Below, piece by piece: positions 32,336 to 45,040 of a DNA stretch of 64,000 nucleotides. Position 1 is the first letter of the stretch. Each line of letters begins with the position of its first letter. The notes beneath the pieces are model-generated. The model saw only the letters and a list, made by a program, of their open reading frames with translations, searched no databases and had not been told where the DNA came from. The stretch is from Heteronotia binoei. Taxonomy: Eukaryota. The DNA is taken from the NCBI RefSeq assembly GCF_032191835.1, contig NC_083243.1, positions 160,828,001 to 160,892,000 of the forward strand, read 5' to 3'. Position numbers and translations under genes: made by a program.

Positions 32336-34096
32336 TGAATGCATTTTTTGCCTCTGTCTTCACTGTGGAAGATGAGAAGTGTTTGCCCACTCCAGAACTG
32401 CTGATTTTGGGAGGGGTGTTGAAAGACCTGAGGCAGATTGAGGTGACGAGAGAGGAGGTCATACGACTGATAGACAAATTAAAAACTGATAAGTCACCAG
32501 GCCCAAAAGAACTCAAAGGTGAAATTGTTGATCTCCTGACAAAAATATGTAATCTTTCTTTGAAATTTGCCTCCATTCCCAAGGACTGGAAGGTAGCAAA
32601 TGTCACCCCCATCTTTAAAAAGGGTTCCAGAGGAGATCTGGGAAATTACAGGCTAGTCAGTCTGACTTCAATACCAAGACAGTTGGTGGAAATGACTATC
32701 AAAGAGAATAAGTAGGCACATTGATGAAATAAAGTTATTGAGGAAGACTCAGCATGGGTTCTGTAAGGGAAGATCTTGTCTCACTAACCTGTTAGAATTC
32801 TTTGAGGGGGTGAACAAACATGTGGACAAAGGGGACCCAAAAGATGTCGTTTACCTGACTTTCAGAAAGCTTTTGATAGTTCCTCATCAAAGGCTTCTTA
32901 GTAAGCTCAAGAGTCATGGGGTAAAAGGACAAGTCCTCTTGTGGATCAAAAACCGGCTAATTAATAGGTAACAGAGAGTGAGTATAATTGGGCAATTTTC
33001 GCAGTGGAGGGTGGTAAACAGTGGGGTGCCACAGGTCTCAGTAGTGGGTTTGATGCTTTGTAACTTGTTCATTAATGGTTTGGAGTTGAGAGGAAGCAAT
33101 GAAGTGGCTAAGTTTGCGGATGACAGTAAATTGCTCAGGGTGGTGAGGACCAGAGAGAACTGTGAGGCACTCCAAAGGGATCTGTCGAGGCTGGGCAAGT
33201 AGGCATCAACATGGCCAACTGCAAAGTAATGCATACTGGGGCCAAAAATCCTAACTATAAATACAAGTTGATGGGGTGTGAACTGGCGGAGACTGACCAA
33301 GAGCGAGATCTTGGTATCGTGCTAGAGAATTTCACTGAAAATGTTGAGACAGTGAGCAACTGCGATAAAAATGGCCAACGCCATGCTGCGAATTATTAGG
33401 AAGGGAATTGAAAACAAATCAGCCAGTATCATAATGCTCCTGTATAAATCGATGGTGTGGCCTCATTTGGAATAGTGCACAATTCACTGCACCTCAAAAA
33501 AGATATTACAGCATTGGAAAAAGTCCAGAAAAGGGCAACTAGAATTATTAAAGGGTTGGAACACTTTCCCTATGAAGAAAGGTTAAATGCTTGGGGCTCT
33601 ATAGCTTGGAGAAATGTTGATGGCGGGGTGACATGATAGAGGTTTACAAGATTATGCATGGGATGGAGAAAGTAGAGAAAGAAGTCCTTTTCTCCCTTTC
33701 TCATAGACATTCAATGAAATTGCTGAGTGGTCAGGTTAGAAATGACAAAAGGAAGTACTTCTTCACCCAAAGGGTGATTAACACATGGAATTCACTGCCA
33801 CAGGAGGTGGCACTGGCTACAAGGACAGACAGCTTCAAGAGAGGATTGGATAAAGATATGGAGCAGAGGTGCATCAGTGGCTATTAGCCACAGCATATTG
33901 TTGGAACGCTCTGTCTGGGGCAAGTGATGCTCTGTATTCTTGGTGCTTGGGGAGGGCACAGTGGGAGGACTTCTAGTGTTCTGGCCTCACTGGTGGACCT
34001 CCTGATGGCACTTGGTTTTTTGGCCACTGTGTGACGCAGAGTGTTAGACTGGATGGGCCACTGGCCTGATCCAACATGGCTTCTCTTATGTTCTTA
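32330..34096 (+). mobile_element. 5'-truncated CR1 LINE (~1.8 kb), disrupted
   Basis: LNAFFASVFT, KSPGP, DWKVANVTPIFKKG, GNYRLVSLTS, QHGFCKGRSCLTNLLEFF, KFADD. Ends ttctcttatgttctta. Same subfamily as 19169-20049 and 63905-64000. Confidence 0.95.
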
Positions 34097-35859
34097 ACAT
34101 ATCAATAAAGCTTCACCTATGCTTTCATAAACCATCTGAGTGTTAGTGGCAAAACCTCACAGCTCTCGAAACACAACACTGATTTCAAATAATGAATAAA
34201 CTAGTTGCCCTTACTAGGCATGGGCCACATACTGCTTTGTCTGTCCTGGAAGTTATCTGCTGAGAGTAGCTGCAACCTTAGCCTGTAAAGGTTTAGTTAA
34301 GTCTCTGTTCTATAGAAGTTTCAGGAATTCCTCATCCTAAGTGATCTTTTCCCAAGGCTCTTCAGATTGCAAAGTAATTTTGTTTTGATGATCCAACCAC
34401 TAATAATAAAAGTAAGGTAATCTATCCTGTTCTACAAGTCTTAATCACACCATGCAAAGAACTCTGACCTGTCCCAATTTGCTAACTCATTGCACATCAG
34501 TAGGATGCAATCCTTTGTTAAGTAACAGAAAGATTCTACTCTTTCATAAGACCATTTACAAAACACTGCGTGTTTTAAAAAGTTCCTCTTCTATGCTGAA
34601 TTTCATTTTTATCATGTATCTGTACATCCCTAATTCATGTAATAAGCACAAGTGAAGAAAATATGGAAGCTCAAAACAAAGTAAATCAGCCAAAACACAG
34701 GCCTGCGATACAACAGAATTTCAGAGTGGACCCTAAGAGAAGACAATGCATCCTAGGCATCCTTCCGTTCATGAAATTCTGCAGATAACCTTTTAGATCA
34801 TGGTCCTATCTCATGAAATATGCTGTTGAAGAAGATCTAACTATGTATGAATCTTGCAGTAATCAGTGGAAGAAATTATTTGGTTTGCTTGACATCCTCT
34901 ACTTCTCCAGAGCTAGTAATTAATTGTATTAGCTTTATTTTTATTAACATATTAGTATGCTCTTTGGAACAATCATTTAATTCAGTTACAAAGGAAATGA
35001 AAAGATTCCAGTCTCTCCTCTCCTGCAGTGCCTGTGGATCTCCTGCTTCTGAATACACCCAAGATAGTAACCACTTTAATTAAGCTAAGCATAACCTCAC
35101 TACCATGGGCCTCATAATACTCTTTATACACGTTACGTACATCAAACACGACACAGGTATGGTGGGGGCATTATGGACTGCACTATCTGGGTTAAAAAAG
35201 CCACAGCATCCTGAGATTAATAATGGTGAGATTAGAAAATCGTGGGGGTGATGGGGGGGGGGAGATTTCATTGCAAAATCAGGTAACCGAAATTCAGTAG
35301 TTAGATTCAAGCATGAGCCTTGATCTTGCCCCTGGCTCTTCAAGCAGAAGCAATGGAGGCCGCCACTTCCTGTTTCCAGAGAAGTCGCACTTGGGTGAAG
35401 TGGCCAAACCAACAAGGACTTGTCGTTTTAATAGCTTTAACTTCACTATCTCCTTTGTCTACCTAATTCCATCCTTCCGCCTCTGCACATTCCCGCTCCT
35501 GTCACAATGCACTACACAGAAGGGCCTCCGGAGTCTGCAGCACTAGGCACACGTTAACTGGCAGTAATTTCAGAGGAGAAGCCACTCTAGTTTGATCTCG
35601 TAGAGACATAAGGGGAGGGTTTTTTTTTTTTAAACCCACTTTATTTCATCATATACTGTACTGGATCCTGCTTCATCAAACACATCAGTGAAAAGCATTT
35701 CAGAATGACTAGTGCTTCTGAACATGCGAGTTCTAGTCCAGGTCACTGTATACCGGAACAAAACTTTTGTTAGCTTTTAAAATGCCACAGAACTCTTTTT
35801 AATTTGAAGCTAGCCCCATTGAACACAGTCGGCCTTAAGTCCGAGTAGAACTGCCAGGA

Positions 35860-36700
35860 CGGAGCTTGGATGAAATACTTCCTCTTTCGCAGCAGCAGGT
35901 CTAAGGAAAAGAAAGGAAAGGGGGCGGGAACGTGAAATAAGCGGAAGCATGCAAGGAAAGCAGACCCGACTCCCGAGAGACACACCAGACCCTCCCCCCT
36001 GCCCCAGTTCGCCTGCTCCGCGCTTCCTCTGGAAGAAATCAACGGCTGATTAAGGCGTCAAGGCAGACCCTCTCACCATGGAAGTCCCCGGTGTCGGCCA
36101 CCACCGTGGTGTGCTGCTTGAGCTGCTCCAGCACCGACTCCATCTTCTGCCTCTTCACGGGCGAAACTGACATGGCCCTTTGACCAAGTGAGAGGGCGCA
36201 ACTGCGCCTCGCGAGACCCTTATATACCCTCCGAGAAGCTGCGGACGCCTCGCGCCACCCAACACTGCCACAGACAAGCGAAACTGACGGCCGCGCGAGG
36301 ATTAATGAAGGGGCGGGGTCAAGCAGGCTAGTGCTGGCTCCTAAATTGACCCGGTTTCCTTATTCTGACTTTACCCCCAAGCCTCCACAGGAAAGGGGGA
36401 GGGGACTGCTGAGCGACAGCCCAGGGAAGAATAAGCGCGCATGCGCACCAGGGGAATTTCCCCCCCCCTTGCTTCGGTTTAGTGCCAATCGCAGGCGGCC
36501 GTTTATCGTAGAACTAAGGGGTAGCGCGAGAGCTGGAGATAGCCGCGTAGGGAGAATGAAGTAGCCAATTGCAGGACAGCGGAAGGACAGTAGAGGTGAG
36601 GCGTCTGTGTGGGCTTCTTCTCCCCCCATCCTCCTGATTGTGCGACGAAATTCGTTGAAATTTACGAGTTCAGTAATCATGATTGTGGGAGGCGTCGCCA
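35860..36700 (-). promoter_or_regulatory. CpG-island promoter of TALDO1
   Basis: Dense CpG compared with the rest of the window. TATATAA on minus at 36226-36220, GC box ggggcggggt at 36310-36319, NRF1-like cgcgcatgcgca at 36436-36447, CCAAT at ~36485 and ~36565. Confidence 0.85.
36077..36173 (-). CDS. TALDO1: Transaldolase exon 1 coding part, 97 nt
   Basis: ATG at 36173; [32 protein letters not shown]; gtgaga donor. Contains the VVADTGD signature. Confidence 0.97.
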
Positions 36701-36984
36701 ACTATGGTTGCAAATCCCCAGGAGGTGGCTGGTAATCTCGTGGGATTGTAACTGGTCTCCAGGCAATACATATCAGTTCACCTAGGAAAATGGCCACTTT
36801 GGGAGATGGACTTTGTGGTATTACTAGGAATAAGGCCTGCTGTGAAGAAAAATACAACGGACTCTAGAAGGAGGCTCTGGGCAAGTGCCCCCCACCCTTG
36901 CTGTCTTCCTTCCCTCCCACCCACTCAAGAGAGGGCATTCACTCCCCCCCCCCCCACCACCACCTCAAGGGGAGCTGATCTCTG

Positions 36985-37195
36985 CAATCTGGCGAGCAGC
37001 TGTAATGCTGAGTGATCTGCAGCTGTCACTTGGAGAATGGCGACAGTGGTTCCCCAGGAGGAAATGGCTGATTTGGAGGGTGGAGTGTTTAGCATTGTAC
37101 CTGTCTGAGGTCCTGCCCCTCTTCAAACCCTACAGTCTCCAGGCTGCACCCCTCAATTCTCCAGGAATTTGCCAACCTGGAGTTGGCAGTTGCTA
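36985..37195 (+). mobile_element. Abundant ~200-bp non-autonomous DNA-transposon-like repeat (tagggttgcca/tggcaacc ends)
   Basis: Shared core ggagaaaatgg(c/a)tg(a/c)tttggagggtgga...ccaggaattt(g/c)ccaac...tggca also seen at ~4046-4240 (-), 37285-37420, 37800-37945 and 43758-43931. Confidence 0.7.
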
Positions 37196-37989
37196 AGTCA
37201 CACTGGCTGTCATAGGAAGGCTGCTGCTGAACAGGAGCAAGCAGCCAGGCTTAGTTTCATGCCAGGTAGGTGGCATCAAGTCACCCAGAAGGCCTAGGGT
37301 AGCCATACTCCAGGTGGAGCCTGAAGATCTGGGATCACAACAACTCCAGACAACAGACCTCTCTCCTCCTGGAGAAAATAACTGGTTTGGAGGGTGGGTT
37401 TTATGGCCTTCTATTCCCTTTACTGACAGAAGCAATTTTGGTTGCCTAGCAGCAGCCTCTGGCTAGCGGCTTCCCCAGTGGCCCAGCCCTCATCTGTCCT
37501 GAAGTGAAACTGAGGGAAGGAGGGATGGAGTGACAAGAAAGAGGCAGCCGCCATGGCCTTTGAGAAAATGATTTGTGAGGGTGCAGTAGAGCAGCAGCCC
37601 TTTCTGAGGCCAGTTGATGGAGAGGACACAAAAGTGGTGGAGATGTGTCTGTCTCTGAGGTAAGACTTCTTTGGTGATTTGTTCAGTGTTCCTGGACCTG
37701 CAGTAAGCAGGGGCAGGAAAGTCAGCCAATGGGAACCCAGAGGTGATGAATGATTCATGATGGGCCAATGGTTTGTTGAGTGCACATGTGAGCCAAAGGG
37801 AGCATTGCATTTGGCTACCACCATTAGGGAGTTATTATCTATGATGGTGATATACCATCCCTCTCCTCCCCAAACCCTGCACTCCTCAGGCTCTACGCCC
37901 CAAACCTCCAGGAATTTCCCAACCCAAAGCTGGCAACTTTACCCCTTCCAGTTTACCCTGCTGGACACAGAGGTGGAAAGTCTTCTCAG

Positions 37990-38520
37990 AACCATAGAAT
38001 CAGAGTTGGAAGGGACCTTTAGGCTCATCTAGTCCAACCCCCTGCGCAATGCAGGACCTTCACAAATACCTTCCCCTAAGTTCACAGAATCAGCATTGCT
38101 GTCAGATGGCCATGTGGCCTCTGTTTAAGAACCTCCAAAGAAGGAGAGCTCACCACCTCCTGAGGAAGCCTGTTCCACTCAGAAACTGCTCTGTCAGGAA
38201 GTTCTTCTTAATGTTTAGTCAAAAACTCTTGATTCAATTTCAACCCTTTGGTCTAACCCTTTGGAGCAACAGAAAACAACTCACCATCCTCTATTATGAC
38301 AGTCCTTCAAGTACTTTAAGATGGTTATCTTATCTCTCAGTTGTCTCCTCTCCAGGCTAAACATACCCAGCTCTTTCAACCTTTCCTCATAGGACTTGGT
38401 GTCTGGACCCTTCACCATTTTCGTTGCCCTCCTCTGGACACATTCTAGCTTGTCTATATCCTTGTTAATTTGTGGTGCCCAAAACTGAACACAATACTCT
38501 AGGTGAGGCCTAACCAGAGC
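37990..38520 (-). mobile_element. CR1 3' fragment (third subfamily)
   Basis: catagaatcagagttggaagggacc...ctagtccaacccc 3' end, plus reverse ORF2 remnants (ccagagggcaacgaaaatggtgaagggtc; tatgaggaaaggttgaaagagctggg). A short + copy lies at 42650-42722. Confidence 0.85.
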
Positions 38521-38661
38521 AAAGTTCTAGTTGTGGTTGGTAAAGCTTCAGTGGCAGCTGCTTAATTTCTGTACCTGATTGCTCTTAAAGGCATAGGAGC
38601 AGGCATAGTTAGAAGAAAAACTGACAACTCTAGTTCTGCCATCATTTGAGGGGGTTAGAAT

Positions 38662-38898
38662 TAGGGTTACCATATTTTGAAAAGCAAAAAAGGACATATT
38701 TCCCAACTGACTACTTCAACCAAGTGATCACTATGACAAATCTCAGTTTAAATACCCCTACTATTTAAAGTGTGATAATTTACTAACTAGAAATATTCCT
38801 AACCTTCCAACCCCAAAAGAAAACATTTTCATCAGTAAAAAAACAAACAAACTCAAAAGTGGACAGACACACAAAAAAGAGGACATCTGGTTACCCTA
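38662..38898. mobile_element. Short TIR element with a 9-bp TSD
   Basis: TIRs tagggttacca / tggttacccta. ggttagaat at 38653-38661 and 38899-38907. Confidence 0.85.
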
Positions 38899-41129
38899 GG
38901 TTAGAATTTATCACAGATTCCTTCCCTTAGATGCCCACGATTCACATCATTATGTTATCCACCGAATGTATACCCTACAAGTTGAGCAGTCTTTGGGATT
39001 AAGAGTTCTTTGCTGTACTCAGATGTCATAAACCATCATGACAGAGCCAGTCCCAGGTTTCAGTAGGGCCTGGGTAGACTGTGCTGGGACCCCATTTTCC
39101 ACCACCAGGGCCCTCTCATGTCTTCCTTTCCACTTCTACTCCTGTGTTGCCCCGCTGTGTTTTCCCACTTGCAAGTCCTTCCATAGCTTGTATGCAGTTG
39201 CCTTTGTGAGCTGCGCATCCATTCCCTGACAGCACTGGCCACTATGGTCCTGGGAGTGCCGCCATCATGCACCATCCACATGCTATTCCTTAATGTCTCT
39301 CGGCAGTTAGAAAAATGGGTAAAGAGATGGCAAGGGAGGTTCACAAGCAGGAGTCAACAGCAGTGGGTGTCAAAAGACTCCACCACTCATATAATGAACT
39401 CCAGGCATGGGTCTTTCATGAAGGGGTAGGCCACACAAGACTAACAACCGAAAAGGCGTTAAGTGTGAGTTCTCACACCTAAGAATAGAACTGCCACCAG
39501 CCCCTTTCTACTACGCAATCAGCCAGGAGCCAAGGGACAAAGTCTCAGGTCCTCCTTAAACTAAAGTCAAGAAAGTCACTCTTGCAAGGTAGGACACGTA
39601 TAAGGCAAGTTTCCCAAAACAATTACTCTAGTAGCTGTAGCCAAGGAGGGCTAAAGTACTGGATTCAAATTGAAGCTTCTTAGATTGAAGAGCTCCACAC
39701 AAACATAAGTAAAGCAATTTATTTAAAATTGTGCAGAAATAGTCAAAATAACAGAGCCATGGACGGTGAAGATAAAATAACAAAGCTAAAAGCCTAACTA
39801 AGGACTTTTACAAACAGTGGCTCAAATTCCAGATATTACCCAAATGCAGAATTGAGTCTATCAAGGTGCCAAAGTCCAAGATAAGATTTCCAGTCAATAG
39901 GACCCACCAGGCAAGGCAACATCCATGCACAGAGCCAGTCCAAAACAAAGCAAAGTCTTAAAGCAATGGTTAAGAACAAAACTTGAATGAAAAACCTTTA
40001 CTTTATGCCCAAAGAGTGGAGTTTGCCTGATTCTAATTAACCAATCAAATGTAACCTTGTGGTCTGACTAATCAGATGGGTTTGTCTGCAGCTGTGTTAA
40101 CTGTGATCAAATGCCTTTTTCCCACCCATGTGTTCAGGTGTTGAACAAGATGGGATGCACCTTCCCATATCTCATGTTCGTGAAGTTACCAGGCCTAGTG
40201 GCGTAACCAGCAGCTCTCCCTTATCTACATCTTTGAAGCTTCAGGCACCTTGCTATGTTGCAAACAGAGAAAAAAATCCGTCTTTACTAGGCTGAGATCT
40301 GAATCAGTGTTTGAAATTTGAATAAGAAACTGTGTAGAGAGACCAAGTTCTTGATAGTGGGCCTACCAGAAGTCCTAGGCCTGACAGCTGCCCCACCTCA
40401 GGATTTGCTGGGATGTGTGTGAACCTACTGGTATTGTGTAAATGCAGTCTTACACATACATGGCAAGAAGGTGGGGGGTCACACGCATTCTGGCTTAATG
40501 CTGGCTTTTTGTACCATCTGAATGTAGTTGTATTATGTGGCTAAAATGGGCTCCTTGTTTTGTGCTGTAAATTACTGGTATACCTGAATGTGGAAGAAAG
40601 TGTCATGTACTGATTCTGTGCACACTATATCTAGTATGGATTATAATTTACAGTTCACCTGATGTGCAAAACCATTCTTGCCTGATTGTTGTTTTGAAGG
40701 TGAGAGTGTAAAGAGGTTTCCTAATCTGCATGAAGTGATCTTGAGCATGTGTGCATCCAATCCAGAATTTTGTTTCTACTTTATTGGAATATAAATCCAA
40801 ATTGGTTCTCTCCTTTGACAGACACTGGAAAGTCACTGCCATGAGTGGGCTTCTTTGGCAAGTATCAGGGTATCCAGCTATAGCAGAACAGGAACTTTTT
40901 AACTGTACTTAGTTTTTGTAGGAAACAACAGCCTACATCAGTGGATGGTCACCTGATGAAATAGTTGCCTACAGATTATATGATGAAATGAACTGTTGCT
41001 TTCTACCATTTATGAAATAGTAGCCCATTACATCATTTTTACGTGGGAGATTTATATGAGCTTGGTTTAAATGTTTCTACTCTTCCACATTTACACTAGG
41101 CCAAACTGGGGCACAAGAGGCTTCAAGGC

Positions 41130-41745
41130 ATATTTATGCACAGTACAGTGCTTTACCAAACAACCTTGTGCTACTGGATTTTAGCAATACTTGAAGAGCA
41201 ATTCTTAAGCATTTAGAATATAATGTAAAATCCACCATCTTCAGGTGATCAGTTAAGAAACTGAATTTTTCAAAATTAAGTTGGAGCTTATTGATTTCAA
41301 AATACTCAAGACAGCAGCTAAAAAGACGCTTCAAACCCACTCGCGTGCAGGACATTAGTAAAGCGTCATCTGCATACAGTAACAGTGGCACGTGAGTGGG
41401 ACCGAGTTTAGGGCTGTGACCGTCGGCGCCAGACAACGTCAGTGCTAGATCATTAAGGAAAAAAAGGAGGGGGCTAGAATGCAGCCCTGTTTAACACCCT
41501 TATTGGATGGAATTTTTGCCGTTAACTTTCCAGCTAGGGAGCATTTGACCTGACAAGTTGTTGAGGTATGCAATTTTCTGATAAGAAAAAGTAATCGCTT
41601 ATCAATATTCATTTTATTCAGTTTGTCCCAAAGTAGGCCTCTATCTATAAAGTCAAAAGCTCCTTTAAGATCTAGGAAGGCAGTATATAACTTAAGCTTG
41701 GGCTTCCTAGTATATTTATTTACCAGATGGGACAAGATAATACAG
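41130..41745 (-). mobile_element. RTEX-like LINE RT fragment
   Basis: LYTAFLDLKGAFDFIDRGLLWDKL...KGVKQGCILAPSFF and PLLLYADDALLMS...GLKRL. Confidence 0.85.
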
Positions 41746-44470
41746 TGATCCAGTGTGGATTTCCCATGGCAAAAACCCGCCCTTTAGCAAAGAAGAGGAT
41801 AAAATGGGGTGTAGCCTGAGATTGGAAATAAGGGCAAGTTCAAGACTTAAGGCCTCCTTTCTTAATCCCCCCTCCTGCTCACACACATGGCTTAAGCAAA
41901 GTAGCTTTTTATTATAACAGAGTAAATACAGTATTGCACACAAAGTATGGTACTTTCCACCCACCCTCATACTACTTTTCCTTCCCAAACCAAAGATCCA
42001 GTAGTCAGTGTCCCAGAAGTGCTTCTTTCTTGATGAAGCTGGTCCAGCCAGACCCTCAGAAGCAGGCCTCCAGTGGGAAGGAAAGTTCTCAGGGCCTCTC
42101 TCCTCACCATCCAAGAGAAGAAGTCAGATCCAGTTCATAGGCAGGTGGTCTGGGGGCTAACTTCCTCCAGAAGAAATGATTTCCAAAAAAAGGAGGGCCC
42201 TGCACCAGACAAAACCCTTCCTCAGCTGAGGTCTCAGCACTCCAGTCCTTGGAGAGACAAGACTAGGCCCTTTGCTCCTCCCACTACCCAGCTTTGTTTT
42301 CTTCCAGTCACTTCTACACACACTCCTCCCAATATGCAAATTAAACAATTTCATTGCTCTCCCCAACAGGATATATCCCCAAAGGGGATCAGGATCCGGC
42401 TTTTCTGGTGTTTCTAGAAGCCTTGCACATGACAGTTGCAAGTATAGGAGGACAGTTGATCTCAGATATAGAAATATGTGGATATACTGGCTATGTCCAA
42501 GGAACAGATACTGGTTCTTCAGGTTAAAGTGTTTTTTGTTTTTTTTACAAACACTACTATGCAAAGATGAATAAAAACAACTGATAGGTTTTGAAAAAGT
42601 AGCAATAACCAGTGAAAATAATATATATACTGGGGAGGAATTTGTGAAGCTCCTGCATTGTGCAGGGGGTTGGAATAGATTACCCTGGAGGCCCCTTCCA
42701 ACTCTGATTACGATTCTAAGATATATAATTTTTATTGGATGCTGATAGTAAATGGCAGAAAAAAAATTGTAAAACCCTGGACAAAAGATCTGAAAGTCAC
42801 AATAAATCTAGAGATTTGGACATCAGTGTTAAGTGGTTTACATTTTACAATAAACCTTAATAGTGGTACAATGATAGCCATGAATTTTAATGTTTTAATG
42901 TTAATATTTAATATTAATTTGTTTTATGTTGTTTTTACTTTATTGGTTTTAATGTAAGTCACCCTGAGACCCTTTGGATGAGTGGTGACTAACGAGTCTA
43001 ATAAATAAATAACCCCAAAGAGTTTTAAGTGGCATCTATATTATAATATTTGATTCTCACAAAAACTAAATTGGGAGACAGTTACTTGTCCAAAGAGCTT
43101 TGGGTTTCATATTCCCAGTCAGCTCAGCACCCCAGCCATAATACCACTGTGGGGCTCTAGAAACCAGTGGAGTCACTGAAGTCAGTAAAAATATGTGGTT
43201 TCAGGACTGAGCATTACCATTACTATTATAAAGATTTACCAGAGAATGCTACTGATGGTGTGACTTAACAGGAAGTCCCTTGATTGAGTTACGTCTTTTG
43301 AATTGTCATGCATGAAACACATACCACTTGCATTTTTCTTCAGATACCACTATGCCCAGACCAAAGAGCAATGTGTCTCTAGGCATGCATCCATGCAGAA
43401 CATCTAATTTTGATCAGGGTTGTAGATGTTCTTCCAGAAACAACTACTTGGATGACAGAAACGGCATAGCATTTGTATAAACTACTTTTTCAATATCCAC
43501 AGATTTTTATTTAGCACAAAGAAAGGCATAGTATAAATGTTTTCATAAATAAAATTAATAAATAAACCTCTAAGCTGAAAAAGTAGAAGTAATAAACTTG
43601 TGTAGTTACTAGGGGAGTGCTCTCTGCTGACAAAGTAGGCCATCTGGTTCACTTTTAGTTACTCAGTTTAGAACATACATGAGGGAAGTCTCATGGTTAA
43701 CAGTTCCCAAATCATGGGTCCCGGCTCCAACCACTAGGTAAAGGGGAGGGTCAGCTTGGTTCCCATGGAGAAAATGGATGCTTTGGAGGGTGGACTCTAT
43801 AGCATTGTGCCCCACTGAGCTTCCTGTTCTCCCCAGGCTCCAACCCCAAGCTCAACATAACTTGAGTTTACTAACCTCAATCTGGCAACTCTACCCCCAC
43901 CATCCCTTGCTAGGAGAGACCTGGCAACCCTCCTCCCAGTCCATTCCCAGCCACATCCCTCCTCCCAGTCCACTTTCTCCTAATCAGCCCAACTTGACTG
44001 GCAATGGCTCACTTGCAGGCCACATTTCTGACATCCAGTGCCCCATGCCTGCACTAGAACTTTTTGCTTCTTTGTGTGACTGGGGCTGACTGTTGGGGTG
44101 GGGTGGCGCTTGACTTTGGCCATACCTTTCTAGGACAACTGCCTGCTGGGACCCAGGTGATTTGGCAATGAGCAATGCAGAGCCTCTCTAAGCCATTCCA
44201 TCACAGAGCTATTTCGTGTATGCCAGCCTACCATGCATCTTTTTTTACCACCATATCACTTGTCTCAGTCCACACCACTAATAAATGCCAACACATGTGG
44301 CAATAGCTTGCAGCTGCCTGTTGCAGTGGTAGCCAATCGACCTGGTATAAATCACTGTTTCTAAAATGATTTCACATATCGAATAACTACCACATGGGGA
44401 GTTTCAGGTAGCTGTACTGTGAGAAACTACCTAGTTATTTCCATATGGCAATTATCTTCAAACTGAAATG

Positions 44471-45040
44471 TTCTCCCTCTGAGTCGGAGGCCATCTTGGG
44501 TGTTTCCCACTATCGTGTCAGGGAGGCAGGAAATAGAATCTTTCTTCTTCCTCTTCCTGTGGCACTGGAACACCAATCTCCTCAGTTGTGTTTTCAGAAG
44601 ATAGCGATGTCCCACCCAACGCTCTAGGAGCTCCCAAGATGGCCTCTGGCTCAGGAGAATGACCATTGATACTTACTGTGAGGGTTCCTTCTCCTCTGAG
44701 TACAGGAGGACATCTTGCCCACCTCTGTACATAGCTCGTGTTCTTCTTGAACTTTTTCTGCCTGACTCCTTTCCTTTTGAATATACAGTTATGTCTGTTC
44801 AGAATTATTTCTGTTACCTTGTTATTATCACTGTTGTGGTTGTTTCTGAGTAAGGTTGATAGTTTAAACTGCTTTCTTGGAGTACTCGAACTGAGGAGAT
44901 GGGTGTTCCAGTGCCACAGGAAGAGGAAGAAGAAAGATTCTATTTCCTGCCTCCCTGACACGATAGTGGGAAACACCCAAGATGGCCTCCTGTACTCAGA
45001 GGAGAAGGACCCCTCATGGTAAGTACCAATGGTCGTTTTC
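44471..45040 (+). mobile_element. Miniature non-autonomous DIRS-type element (ITR-ICR-ITR, no ORFs)
   Basis: 102-bp inverted repeats 44486-44587 / 44889-44990 (1 mismatch). Segment 44633-44721 is the reverse complement of the left terminus joined to the reverse complement of the right terminal extension. Confidence 0.8.

Noticed and set aside
39636-40229. Possible solo LTR (tgtag...ctaca, minus-strand AATAAA)
   Set aside because: No TSD and no second LTR or internal sequence found, so it cannot be supported.
41809-42434. Possible solo LTR beginning tgtagcc with minus-strand AATAAA and CCAAT/octamer motifs
   Set aside because: Right boundary ambiguous and no TSD found.
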